DNA from: Chloroflexota bacterium
GTDB taxonomy: Bacteria > Chloroflexota > Anaerolineae > Aggregatilineales > Phototrophicaceae
Assembly (NCBI GenBank): GCA_009840575.1
Contig: VXNO01000017.1
Coordinates: forward strand, 7,497 to 71,496
Length of the DNA stretch: 64,000 nucleotides
Direction of reading: 5' to 3'
Shown: positions 54,101 to 63,008 of the stretch, piece by piece
How the letters are laid out: each line of letters starts with the position of its first letter
Position numbering within the stretch: position 1 is the stretch's first letter
Notes under the pieces: generated by a model
Database searches by the model: none
Told to the model about the DNA's origin: nothing
Seen by the model: only the letters and a program-made list of their open reading frames with translations
Position numbers and translations under genes: made by a program

Positions 54101-57012
54101 CCCCCAGCGCGCTGATGTTCCCGCCCGAAGAACTCGCCACACAGTCCGAAGGCGGCACCTGGTCGGAGCGCTTCTTCAGCGAGAGCATCGCCAACAGCAA
54201 CCAGGTCATCGGCGTAGTCGTCTGGTATGCGGCGATATTCTTCATCGGCGCGCTGGTCTTCCCCTTGGTGTATAGCCTCTTTCCTGCTCTGGCGGATGGC
54301 GGCTATGGAGTCAGCAAGCTGGTGGGCCTGCTGCTGATGGCTTGGCTGGCTTGGGCGGTCTCCAGCTTGAAGATCCCGCTCTGGTCGCAGTCGGGTTTGC
54401 TCTTGTCGCTGCTGCTGATTGGCTTGCTCAGCGCCTTGCTTGGCTATCGGAATCGCGCCGGGCTATGGGGCTTTCTGCGCGCGCGCTGGCGGCGGCTGGC
54501 TTGGATAGAGCTGCTTTCGATCGCCGCGTTTATGCTGATGATCGGCATCCGCCTGAGCAATCCTGATCTTTGGCATGCCTACAAAGGCGGCGAGAAACCA
54601 ATGGATTTCGCCTATTTGAATGGCGTGCTGCGCAGTAGCACCTTCCCGCCGATTGACCCCTGGTTCGCCGGCGGCTTCATCAACTACTACTATTTTGGTT
54701 ATGTGCTGTTGGGCGCGCCGGCGCTGCTGCTGGGCATCGTGCCCGCCTTCGCTTACAACTTGATGATCCCCACGATTTTCAGCCTGACTGGGCTAGGCGC
54801 ATTTTCAGCCGCTTTCAATATCACCGCTCGCCTGCGCCGGCAAGAGGGCGAAGGCAGCGCCAAACGTAGCCGCCCCGGTGGCAGCGCCTGGCTGGCTGGC
54901 ATGACCGCGCTGCTGCTCTGCGTCGTATTGGGCAACCTGGATACCGTGCGCGTGCTGGGGCATGGCTTTGCGCGGCTGGGCGGTTACAGCATCCCCGAAG
55001 GCTTGGAACCCTTCCTGGTCGACGAGTACCTGGTGGCGAAGGAATCCGCTATCACGGTCGAAGCGCGCCAGGAATTATCAGAGCGGGCGGCTGCGGGCTT
55101 GTTCATCGATTCGCTGCGTTACGAGCTGGACAATTCCTTGCAGTTGGTTGACGGCATCGTCCGCGGCATCGGGCAAGCGCTGGCGGGGGAGTCCTTGCCC
55201 ATCGGCAGCGACCGCTGGTATTGGGGTCCTTCGCGCATATTAGCGGAGACGCCGGGCGTCGGTGGCGGCGCAATCACCGAGATGCCTTTCTTCACCTTTG
55301 TTTATGGCGACCTGCACGCGCACATGATCAATATGCCGCTGATTCTGCTGACGGCGCTCTACCTCTTCAGCGAGTTAACCCAGGTCGGGCGCGAGCGGCG
55401 CGGCAACTTGGAGCGCTGGCTGGGGCTGGGGCTGCTGGCGATGACGGTCGGGCTTATGCAGGCAACCAACACCTGGGATTATCCGTCTATGCTGCTCTTC
55501 GCGCTGGTGGGCTTGGCTTATGCTTGGTATTTGCGCTGGGGGGCGAGCTTCCGCCCGGTGCCCGATGCCCGTTTCTATGCGGCGCTGCTGGGCGTCGGCG
55601 CGCTGATCGTGGCTTTGCTGTCGGTCCTTGCCAGCAATGACATCGGCAGCTTGTTAAATTCATCGTTACGCCTCGCCGAAGTCGCCATGGCGGCGCGGAC
55701 GGCTTTGCTGCTGTGTATAGGCATGGCGCTGGGCTGGCTGGTACTGCGCAACTGGATGACGCGGGCGTCGGCGCTGGATTTAGCGGCGAGCCTGGGTGGC
55801 TTTGCCCTGCTCAGCTGGGCATTTGCCCTGCCCTATAGCTCCTGGTACGCCGCGAGCTACGGCAGCATCGCGCTTTGGCAAGGCGGCAAGACGCCGCTGT
55901 GGGCTTACCTGGATATTCATGGGCTTTTCTTGTTCCTGCTGGTATCGCTGCTGGTTTGGGATACGGCGCACTGGCTGCGCACAACGCGCGTTTCTAGCCT
56001 GCAAGCCAACTGGCGGCGGCTGCGCTGGGCATTGGCGGGCAGCCTGGCGATTTTGCTGCTGGCTGTGTTGATGAGCCTGGCGCACATCCAGGTCGCGCTG
56101 ATTGCGCTGCCGCTGATTTGCTGGATCGCCTGGCTCTTCTTCCGGTCCGGCCAGTCGCTGGCGCTGCGTTATTGCCTGGTCTTGGCTGGTTTGGCGCTGG
56201 CGATGACCCTGGGCGTAGAAATTGTTGTCATCGGTGGCGATATCGGACGGCAAAATACGGTCTTCAAATTCTACATCCAAGCCTGGCTGCTGCTGAGCGT
56301 CCCTGGCGGCGTGGCTTTTGCCTGCCTGCTGCGTTCCAGCGACGCCTTCAGCCCCAGGTTGCGCTGGCTCTGGACGGTTCCCTGCCTGGGGCTGTTTATC
56401 GTCGCTGGGCTCTTCCCCATTATGGCGACGCGGGGACGATCTTTCGACAGGATGGCAGCCGCCATCCCCTTGACGCTCAATGGCTTGGATTATATGCGTG
56501 AGGCAACACATTTCCAGTACAGTGAATCGGGCGGGCCACCCGTGGCGATACCCCTGCGCACTGACCACGCGCTAATCCGCTGGCTGCAAGAACATGTCGA
56601 GGGCTCGCCGGCCATCATGGAAGGTCGTCACTTCCCCAGCGAATACCAGTACAACGGGCGCATCTCGATCGCGACGGGCTTGCCTTCGGCGCTGGGCTGG
56701 AACTTCCACCAGCGGCAGCAGCGCACCCTCTCCCCCATGCACCAGATGATCAACCAGCGCGAGGCGAATATCCGCCTGTTCTACACGACCGACAGTATCG
56801 ATATCGCCGTCGACCTGCTGCACTTCTACGCCGTCAAGTACATCATCGTCAGCGATTTCGAGGCGCTTCATGCCAGCCCTGAAGGCTTGGCGAAGTTCCA
56901 GCGCATGGTCGACCGCGGCTTGCTGGTGGTTGCCTTTGCGACGGACGGCGGCACGATTTACAAAGTTCGTGAAGACACCCTGCTTGATTATCTGGCGGAC
57001 CGTTCCCGATGA
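51106..57012 (+). CDS. 1968-aa membrane protein: GT-C-like N-terminal module + soluble domain + DUF2298 (chlor_Arch_YYY) module
   Basis: ATGA overlap at 51106-51109. N-terminal module ..FFVYGTLPIFLAHFG.., ..SSPLAIQLAHFGTVNS.. A non-hydrophobic stretch spans about 52960-54200. The DUF2298-type motifs are ..GGEKPMDFAYLN.., ..FPPIDPWFAGGFINYYYFGYV.. (YYY at 54685-54693) and ..EMPFFTFVYGDLHAHM.. Confidence 0.7.
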   Translation: MTHSPAHQATRTEQLLPVSRALSRRGVIISLLLPLVLIYGVGLRLVGQNWDDYSHTHPDEMFLTLLTLPHLGGSNNFTVDAVNFPRQQIFVHTQTPDIRTHYDVLNKVAALRLGAVAGSFAAEAAHWLSNGNAVAEYSDMTAAQSALRSRQVDVLLASVTWSISEPEIVAGGVIESVDLQDLYCRYHSPGSDGIGGYFDTRCSPLNPHNATQPFFVYGTLPIFLAHFGSEMLRAGTEAGWLFFDFQAPHLVWRGISMVFDCLSILVVFLLGRRAHDSRVGLLAALLYASSPLAIQLAHFGTVNSIACFWVCLALYFAVAAQQHGKRGAYWWFGIACGAAVASRINLAPLAGIIVLAAAVQVLPALGPTLGSRLRRHLILHTVGGLLLAGVAAFLAFRILNPYAFAGPGFLNILPNDRWLENMQRVSATVSSPQEFPPNWQWLAKSSVVHPAKDMLFWGMGLSFGLLGWFGWGWAALRLLNLGAGATRHLLLLVWVGGYTVWMARLFAMTIRYYLPLYGALAVLAGWCLVELWRRAQQSERSPPIAAGLLLCFGGFLTVVGLAHALGVTADATAITAILMGLALLAAAIAPGFRRGRVIVLGGFALGFACLWGLMSAGRYQHQTTLVQGSRYLFEQVPGDFAMRVDGAGSHAPLINIAFHNSGIPLPGFEDTAYRGANHYRENEPKRQSFIAPASGTVSSVFAPHLFDLHDDSEPEHLAIRLYTGDGATLLADANLRGDLPRDRHPLGDAYEIPFASQATVKQGERYTFEVLVMPGSGDVGGSGSVVLVEGAWDNRVTGIHTCELPAGMSLADDLPAGYFRPNECRGTQAWYGLVNSLDQIMSYPVDDQIKRDDILRSLELGDYLTIASNRFYDHLRRNLKRWPLSTLYYEKLFAGELGYELILTIDEPFEWGPWRVSDQHLPTYASPVWLDELEADEAYHVYDHPAVFIFRKRDDYSQARVEAVLSQVSLRQYHQLQPGAEVAQDLGVFYWNLEEAERAPSALMFPPEELATQSEGGTWSERFFSESIANSNQVIGVVVWYAAIFFIGALVFPLVYSLFPALADGGYGVSKLVGLLLMAWLAWAVSSLKIPLWSQSGLLLSLLLIGLLSALLGYRNRAGLWGFLRARWRRLAWIELLSIAAFMLMIGIRLSNPDLWHAYKGGEKPMDFAYLNGVLRSSTFPPIDPWFAGGFINYYYFGYVLLGAPALLLGIVPAFAYNLMIPTIFSLTGLGAFSAAFNITARLRRQEGEGSAKRSRPGGSAWLAGMTALLLCVVLGNLDTVRVLGHGFARLGGYSIPEGLEPFLVDEYLVAKESAITVEARQELSERAAAGLFIDSLRYELDNSLQLVDGIVRGIGQALAGESLPIGSDRWYWGPSRILAETPGVGGGAITEMPFFTFVYGDLHAHMINMPLILLTALYLFSELTQVGRERRGNLERWLGLGLLAMTVGLMQATNTWDYPSMLLFALVGLAYAWYLRWGASFRPVPDARFYAALLGVGALIVALLSVLASNDIGSLLNSSLRLAEVAMAARTALLLCIGMALGWLVLRNWMTRASALDLAASLGGFALLSWAFALPYSSWYAASYGSIALWQGGKTPLWAYLDIHGLFLFLLVSLLVWDTAHWLRTTRVSSLQANWRRLRWALAGSLAILLLAVLMSLAHIQVALIALPLICWIAWLFFRSGQSLALRYCLVLAGLALAMTLGVEIVVIGGDIGRQNTVFKFYIQAWLLLSVPGGVAFACLLRSSDAFSPRLRWLWTVPCLGLFIVAGLFPIMATRGRSFDRMAAAIPLTLNGLDYMREATHFQYSESGGPPVAIPLRTDHALIRWLQEHVEGSPAIMEGRHFPSEYQYNGRISIATGLPSALGWNFHQRQQRTLSPMHQMINQREANIRLFYTTDSIDIAVDLLHFYAVKYIIVSDFEALHASPEGLAKFQRMVDRGLLVVAFATDGGTIYKVREDTLLDYLADRSR

Positions 57013-59714
57013 CTTTGCTGAGCGACTGGCTGGCGCGCGAAGGGCATGTTCTGCTGGGCTGGTGGCTGTGGATTAACCTGGCGGGCTTGGCTGCGCTGCC
57101 TTTGTGCTGGCGGCTGCTGGCTGGCTTGCCCGACCGCGGCTATACACTGGCGCGCGCCCTGGGACTGCTGCTGGTGGCGAGCTTGCATTGGCTGCTGGGC
57201 AGTTATGGCTTCCTGGACAACTCGGCGGGCAGCCTGGTCTTCTGCTGGCTGTTGATCCTCATGGGCGCGAGCCTGCTTTGCTGGCTGCTGCCGGGTAGTT
57301 TTTCCGTCCGAGCATGGTGGCGCGAACATAGAGCGCTGGTCCTGACCAGCGAATTGATCTTCGCCGCGTTATTCGTCGCCTGGGCGCTCTATCGCGCTTT
57401 TCAACCGGAATTGTACACAACCGAAAAACCTATGGAACTGGCTTTCATCAGCGCCAGCCAACGCAGCCTGAGCTTCCCCCCGGCTGACCCCTGGATGTCG
57501 GGTTACGCGATTAGTTATTACTACCTGGGCTATGTAATGTCCGCGGGGCTGGCTCTGCTCAATGGGTTGGGCAGCGCAATCGCCTTCACCTTGACCAATG
57601 CCAGCTTGGTCGCGCTGACGGGCGCTTGCGCCTTTGGGCTGGCTTACAACCTCGTGCGCTCGCGCGGGCGGAACGCGGCGATGCCCGGCAGCGCCTTGCT
57701 GACAGGCGGCTTGGCTATGGCGATGCTGACCTTGATGGGCAACTTCCAGTTCTTGCTGATCGAAGCGCCTTATCAAAGCCGCGCAGCGCCACCCGAATAC
57801 TTTGAATTTTGGGGGCTGCAACAGCGCAGCCAAGCCCCCGCCGAAGCCAGTGCGCTGAGCCTGGATACCAGCCGTTGGTCGCATTGGTGGTGGTTTCAAG
57901 CCAGCCGCGTGCTCAGCGACTACACCTTGGACGGCAACCTGACCGCATACCAGCCCATAGACGAATTTCCGGCGTTCAGTTTCGTGCTGGCGGACAACCA
58001 TCCCCATGTCCTGGCGCTGCCGTTCGTGGCGCTCATGATGGGCTTGATGCTGAATTTGCTGCTGCTGCGCCGGGGCGCAACTGGCTGGGAGGTGATTCTA
58101 TATGGCGTGGCGCTGGGTGGGCTGGCTTTCCTGAATGCCTGGGATAGCCCGATTTATCTGGCTGGCATGATCGGCGTCGAGGCGCTGCGCCGCTTGATGA
58201 GCAGCGAACGCGGCCGGCTGGAGCGCTACGATTGGCTGGGCTTGGCGCGCTTCGCCGTGAAGCTGGTCATCGTCGCTGTCTTGGCCTACCTGCCCTATTT
58301 TGTGGGTTTTCGCTCACAGGCGGGGGGCATCTTGCCTAACCTGGTCAACCCGACCTATTTTCCCCGTTTCTTCATTATGTTTGGTCCGTTCATCTTCATA
58401 CTAGGGGCTTATCTGCTGGTCGAAACCTGGCGCGGCAGGGGCGTTCGCTTCAACTGGCGCTTGGGCTGGCAGGTGGCGGCTGCGGTCTTGGGCATCAGCG
58501 CGGGGCTGCTGGCTTTGGCGGCGCTGGCGCAAGCGCAGGCGTATCCACAGGCGCTCTTCCCGGGCGTCGGCTCAACGACGGCCAGCACAGGAAGGGAATG
58601 GCTGAGCCTGGTCTGGGAGCGGCGGCTTTCGCACAGCGCCGTTTCGATCCTGCTGCTGCTGGGCATGGTACTTGTCCTGGCGCGCATTTTCCCCGCTCGG
58701 CATAACCCGCGCCACGATGCCTTTGTGGCGATTCGCTGGATAACTTATTCGCCAGCGAGCGGGTTTTGCCTGCTGCTGATCGCCATGGGTTTGGCGCTGG
58801 CTTTCGCGGTTGAGTTTTTCTTTCTCCGCGACAATTTTGGCGCGCGCCTCAATACGATCTTCAAGTTCTATTATCAGGCTTGGGCGCTGTGGAGCATCGC
58901 TGGCGCATACGCCATCTTCAGCATGACCCTGGATCGCGCAGACCCTAAGCCACATGGGCTAATCCGCTTGGGGATTTTGGGTTTGGCTCTTGCCAGTGTC
59001 GTCGCTGGCTGCGCCTATACGATTGCCGCCACGCATCACCGCGCCTGGATCGAAACCGGGCGGCAGCAGGCGCGGATTTCCGCGCGCTATGTCGCTCCGT
59101 CCGACTGGGAAGACAGCATCCGCCACGTCGCGGAGGGGGAGAGGGTATCGCCCGGGGCGCTGCTTTTTTCCCGCGCCGGCGGAGAAGCGGACGCTAGCGC
59201 CGAGACTGCGCTTTCGCTGCACGGTGGCATCACGTTGCTGGACGGAGATGCGCTGATCGTACAGAAGCCGCTTTCTTTGCGGGGTGACCTGGGCGGACTA
59301 AGTCGAGATGAGCAAGCCGTCATCGCTTGTTTGAGCGAGTTGGTCGGGCGCGGCGAAGCTGTCGTGGCCGAAGCGGCGCGGGATGCCTATGATATTCGCT
59401 ACGGGCGCGTCGGCAGTTTGGCGGGCATCCCCATCGTGTTGGGCTGGGAGAATCACCAACAGCAATGGCGCGGCGCTACTTACGATTCTATCGCTGGCAC
59501 GCGGCGCGATGACCTGCGCCAACTCTACACAGCCGCCGATTTCGCGGCGGTCGAAGCCAGCATAGCGCGGCAGGGCATCACGCATATACTCTACGGAAGC
59601 ACCGAACGCGCGCAGTATGGCAGCCTGGGCGAAGAGATTTTGCTAGCGCGGCTGCCAGTCGTCTGCGAAGCCGGCGAATCGCGTGTCTACGCGACCACCT
59701 TGGCGTCAACATGA
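57009..59714 (+). CDS. DUF2298 (chlor_Arch_YYY, TIGR03662-type) membrane protein
   Basis: ATGA overlap at 57009-57012; 901 aa. ..TEKPMELAFISA.., ..FPPADPWMSGYAISYYYLGYV.. (YYY at 57516-57524), ..DEFPAFSFVLADNHPHV.. and ..GWENHQQQWRG.. parallel the 1968-aa protein. Confidence 0.75.
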   Translation: MTLLSDWLAREGHVLLGWWLWINLAGLAALPLCWRLLAGLPDRGYTLARALGLLLVASLHWLLGSYGFLDNSAGSLVFCWLLILMGASLLCWLLPGSFSVRAWWREHRALVLTSELIFAALFVAWALYRAFQPELYTTEKPMELAFISASQRSLSFPPADPWMSGYAISYYYLGYVMSAGLALLNGLGSAIAFTLTNASLVALTGACAFGLAYNLVRSRGRNAAMPGSALLTGGLAMAMLTLMGNFQFLLIEAPYQSRAAPPEYFEFWGLQQRSQAPAEASALSLDTSRWSHWWWFQASRVLSDYTLDGNLTAYQPIDEFPAFSFVLADNHPHVLALPFVALMMGLMLNLLLLRRGATGWEVILYGVALGGLAFLNAWDSPIYLAGMIGVEALRRLMSSERGRLERYDWLGLARFAVKLVIVAVLAYLPYFVGFRSQAGGILPNLVNPTYFPRFFIMFGPFIFILGAYLLVETWRGRGVRFNWRLGWQVAAAVLGISAGLLALAALAQAQAYPQALFPGVGSTTASTGREWLSLVWERRLSHSAVSILLLLGMVLVLARIFPARHNPRHDAFVAIRWITYSPASGFCLLLIAMGLALAFAVEFFFLRDNFGARLNTIFKFYYQAWALWSIAGAYAIFSMTLDRADPKPHGLIRLGILGLALASVVAGCAYTIAATHHRAWIETGRQQARISARYVAPSDWEDSIRHVAEGERVSPGALLFSRAGGEADASAETALSLHGGITLLDGDALIVQKPLSLRGDLGGLSRDEQAVIACLSELVGRGEAVVAEAARDAYDIRYGRVGSLAGIPIVLGWENHQQQWRGATYDSIAGTRRDDLRQLYTAADFAAVEASIARQGITHILYGSTERAQYGSLGEEILLARLPVVCEAGESRVYATTLAST

Positions 59715-61744
59715 ATAGAGAGTTGGGCAGCTTGACAGCGACATCGCGGCTACAGGACTCGAGCGCGGCATCTGTACCGGCGAATGACAGCGGGCAGCGG
59801 GCTATTTCGGTCGAGTGGCTGGCTTACCTGTGCCTGGGGCTGCTGGGACTGTTGCTGCGCGTCGCCGAGCTGGGCAGCCTGCCTCTGAACGATGCCGAAG
59901 TTGGCAATGCCCTGCATGCCTGGCACAGCCTGGAAGACGCTGCGCCGGGCAGCGCCACCCCCGCCAACAGCCCGTTGACCTATATCAGTCAAATGCTCAG
60001 TTTCAGCCTGCTGGGCGCGAATGAGTTCAGCGCGCGCCTCCTGTCTATGCTGGCTGGCTGCGCCCTGACATTGACGCCGCTGCTCTTCCGCGAGCATCTG
60101 GGGCGAACGCGCGCTTTTGTGTGGGCGGCGCTGCTTTCCTTATTGGCAATCCCAATCGCCACTTCGCGCGCAGCCGATGGCAGCAGTTTTATGCTGCTTT
60201 TCGCGCTGCTGGCGGTTTGGATGGTGCGCCGTTACTGGTATTCACAGCGACTTTCGGACGCGCGCTGGGCATTTGCCTTGGTCACGCTGATGACACTGTT
60301 GTCCAGCCCATCCGGGCTTCCCTTGCTGATCATCATGCTGGCGGCGGGTTGGCTGGCGGTCTGGCGGACAGCCATCAGCGCTCCCCAGCGCCTCAACCTG
60401 CCCGGCGATGATATTTTGCAGCTGGCGATGCGCCGGTTGCGCGCCTTCCCGCTGGGGCAAACAGCGCTTGTGCCGCTTATGACAGTTGGCTTGGTGGCCA
60501 CAGGCTTCATGTTGAACCCCGCGGGGCTGCGCGCAGTCAGCCAGTTGCTCGCCGATGCCCTGGCTGGCTTCACACAGAGCGCGGGCATTGACGGCACACG
60601 GCTGGGGCTGGCGGCGCTGCTGGTATATGAGCCGCTGCTGATTGTCTTTGCTATGGGCGGTGCCTGGCTGCTGTGGCGGCAGGGCGCTGTAACTTATCTC
60701 GATCGCTTCGCCGCGGCCTGGGCGCTGATCGGCGCGCTTGGATTGCTGCTGTATCCCGGCGCGAAACCCGCCGATGCCATGTGGGTCGTGCTGCCGCTGA
60801 CCCTGCTGGCCAGCTATGGCATTGCCCAACTGATGGTCGACAGACGCGTGGTCATCTTGTGGGATACGGAAGATGACGCGGAGGGGGGCACCGGCGAGCT
60901 TGGTGGCGCTGAGTTGTACAGCACCGCCTATTGGTGGGTGAAGTGGTTAATCTGCGCGGTGGTATTGACATTGCTGTTAATCCTGTCTGTGCAATTCATG
61001 CAAGTGGCGCGGCTGATGCTGACGTTGCCAGCCGATGCTGGTTTGGGCGAGGCGCTGGGGCTGCTCGCGGATTCCAGTCAGCTACGCTTGCTACAAGCCT
61101 TGGGCATGTTGCTGCTGGCAGCGATTGTGATGATCGCTACCTGCCTGCTGCTGGCGAATTACTGGGGCACAGGCACTTGTTTGCAAGGCATTGGCTTGGG
61201 CTTTCTCGGTTTGATGCTGCTTTCGGGGCTGGGCGGCGGCTGGGGAATTGCCGCGGCTGACCCCGCTGAGCCGGATGGATTATGGCGTCAAAAGGCGCTC
61301 AGCCACGATGTGAAATTGCTGCAAGCTACCTTGCGTGAGCTAGCCATGCAGCAAAGCGGCGGCTTCCCCTATCTCGCTGTAACCATCGTCGAAGACAGCA
61401 ATAACGGCATCAGCGGCACAGGCAGGGTCGCCTGGCTGCTGCGCGATTATGTCCATGCCCGATTTGTGCCCAGCGCCTCACAAGCCAGTGGCGAGCCAGT
61501 CCTGCTGATCGCGGACGATGAATCGCAGGCGGCGCAGTTAAGCGGTGATTACGTCGGGCAGCGCTTCTTGCTGAGTCGCAGCTGGTCCTGGGCACAGCAG
61601 AGCCTCTGGGATCTACCCGCCTGGTGGACGCAGACGCGTCGTCGACCGGGAGGCGACCTGCGCGAAGCAGCGCTCATCCTCTGGCTGCGGCAGGATGTGT
61701 ATGCTGGCGCGCCGCCACGAGAAAGCAATTCTGTGGGATACTGA
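59711..61744 (+). CDS. Polytopic membrane protein, divergent TIGR03663/GT-C-like paralogue
   Basis: ATGA overlap at 59711-59714; 677 aa. The N-terminal region ..LLLRVAELGSLPLNDAEVGNALHAW...FSARLLSMLAGCALTLTPLLFR.. aligns loosely with the 63009 gene (..FSRFHMLGERVMSHDESLHTRYS...FSGRLYTATLGVLLVMFPLLWR..). Confidence 0.45.
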   Translation: MNRELGSLTATSRLQDSSAASVPANDSGQRAISVEWLAYLCLGLLGLLLRVAELGSLPLNDAEVGNALHAWHSLEDAAPGSATPANSPLTYISQMLSFSLLGANEFSARLLSMLAGCALTLTPLLFREHLGRTRAFVWAALLSLLAIPIATSRAADGSSFMLLFALLAVWMVRRYWYSQRLSDARWAFALVTLMTLLSSPSGLPLLIIMLAAGWLAVWRTAISAPQRLNLPGDDILQLAMRRLRAFPLGQTALVPLMTVGLVATGFMLNPAGLRAVSQLLADALAGFTQSAGIDGTRLGLAALLVYEPLLIVFAMGGAWLLWRQGAVTYLDRFAAAWALIGALGLLLYPGAKPADAMWVVLPLTLLASYGIAQLMVDRRVVILWDTEDDAEGGTGELGGAELYSTAYWWVKWLICAVVLTLLLILSVQFMQVARLMLTLPADAGLGEALGLLADSSQLRLLQALGMLLLAAIVMIATCLLLANYWGTGTCLQGIGLGFLGLMLLSGLGGGWGIAAADPAEPDGLWRQKALSHDVKLLQATLRELAMQQSGGFPYLAVTIVEDSNNGISGTGRVAWLLRDYVHARFVPSASQASGEPVLLIADDESQAAQLSGDYVGQRFLLSRSWSWAQQSLWDLPAWWTQTRRRPGGDLREAALILWLRQDVYAGAPPRESNSVGY

Positions 61745-61810
61745 GGAAAACGCCGCGATCTTGTGTAGAAACAGAAGTGCCAGCACAACAGTCAGCTTGA
61801 GGCTTCGACT

Positions 61811-62416
61811 ATGACCGTTCGCCGCGGACAGTACAATGCCAAGATTGACAATGCAATTGCGCGCGCCTTGCATGGCGATCAAAGCGCTTATGCCGCGCTC
61901 TATGACCAGTACGCAGCCGGTCTGTATCGACTCTGCTACAGCTTGCTGATGGATGAGCAAGACGCCGAAGACATTTTGCAGGAGTCCTTCTTGTACGCCT
62001 TCAAGAATCTGCATCGCTATGATTCACGCAAGGCGGCGCTCAAAACCTGGCTCTACACCATTGCCGTCAGCCGCTGCCGCAATACCTATCGGCGCAAACG
62101 GTTTCTGACCGTGGATATATCGCAATGGTTTGGCGCGGAGATAAAAGCCCCGGCGGCGGAAGCGCCGGAAGTCGCTCTCATGCGCCGCGATGCCAGCGAC
62201 TCGATCATGCGCGCGCTGGGAGAATTATCGCCCCGCCTGCGCGAAGCCATCGTGCTGCGCTATGGGCAAGGCATGACCTACCGCGAAATCGGCGAGGTCG
62301 TGGGCTGCCCACAGAAAACAGCCGAAAGCCGCGTGCGCCTGGGGCACCAACGATTGCGCCAATCGCTACAGACGGTCGGCATGGGTTTGCTCGAAGAATT
62401 GCTGCGTGTACATTGA
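61811..62416 (+). CDS. ECF-type RNA polymerase sigma-70 factor
   Basis: Region 2 ..DAEDILQESFLYAFKNLHRYD...TWLYTIAVSRCRN.. and region 4 ..LRYGQGMTYREIGEVVGCPQKTAESRVRLGHQRL.. Confidence 0.9.
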   Translation: MTVRRGQYNAKIDNAIARALHGDQSAYAALYDQYAAGLYRLCYSLLMDEQDAEDILQESFLYAFKNLHRYDSRKAALKTWLYTIAVSRCRNTYRRKRFLTVDISQWFGAEIKAPAAEAPEVALMRRDASDSIMRALGELSPRLREAIVLRYGQGMTYREIGEVVGCPQKTAESRVRLGHQRLRQSLQTVGMGLLEELLRVH

Positions 62417-62429
62417 GGTTATAATAAAA

Positions 62430-62960
62430 ATGTTGATTCGCTTCAAATACCAATACTGCAAGGTTCACATGGTGCGCTTCGTCGCCGGCGATTTGTCCGC
62501 TGCGGCGCGGCGGCGGGTCGCCCGATACATTGACGAATGCCCGGATTGCTACCGCGAGTATATGCGTCACCGCGCCTTCGACCAGAAGCTGTCGCACGGG
62601 CTGCCGGCACTGGGACGTCCCAGCAAGCGGCAACTGGATGGCATGTGGCTGGCGCTGCAAAGCGAGCTGTCCGCGCCGGAAAAGCCTGCCAAGAGCATAA
62701 GCGACTTTGCGCGCCGCAGCAGCCTGTCTTTCAGTTCTGGCGTGATCGCTTTGGCCATCTGCCTGGCGGCGCTCTTGCCGATTACGTTGGGCTACCACGC
62801 GTCGGTCGCCAACGTCGAGATGCGTCCGGGTCCGCAGTTGGTGTCTGTATCGCGCATGCCGACCGCGGGCAATTTCAATCGCTCGGCATGGCTTGCCGTG
62901 ACTCCGCCGCCGGCCAATGCCAGCCATCCGCAGCTGCAAAACACGCCCGAGCCGCGTTGA
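62430..62960 (+). CDS. Anti-sigma factor (zf-HC2 type) with one TM helix
   Basis: Start taken at MLIRFKY.. (62430), 14 nt after the sigma stop. ..H-x23-CPDC.. zinc-finger pattern (..KVHMVRF...YIDECPDCYREY..). TM segment ..GVIALAICLAALLPITLG.. Confidence 0.75.
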   Translation: MLIRFKYQYCKVHMVRFVAGDLSAAARRRVARYIDECPDCYREYMRHRAFDQKLSHGLPALGRPSKRQLDGMWLALQSELSAPEKPAKSISDFARRSSLSFSSGVIALAICLAALLPITLGYHASVANVEMRPGPQLVSVSRMPTAGNFNRSAWLAVTPPPANASHPQLQNTPEPR

Positions 62961-63008
62961 TGCGCGCCTGGCTAGCTTGTCCACTTCTGACGCGCAGGTC
63001 TATAGCCA

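Noticed and set aside
61745-61810. ECF-type autoregulatory promoter upstream of the sigma gene
   Set aside because: Only loose GAAAC ... GTC matches with atypical spacing. This is not convincing without the ECF group's known motif.
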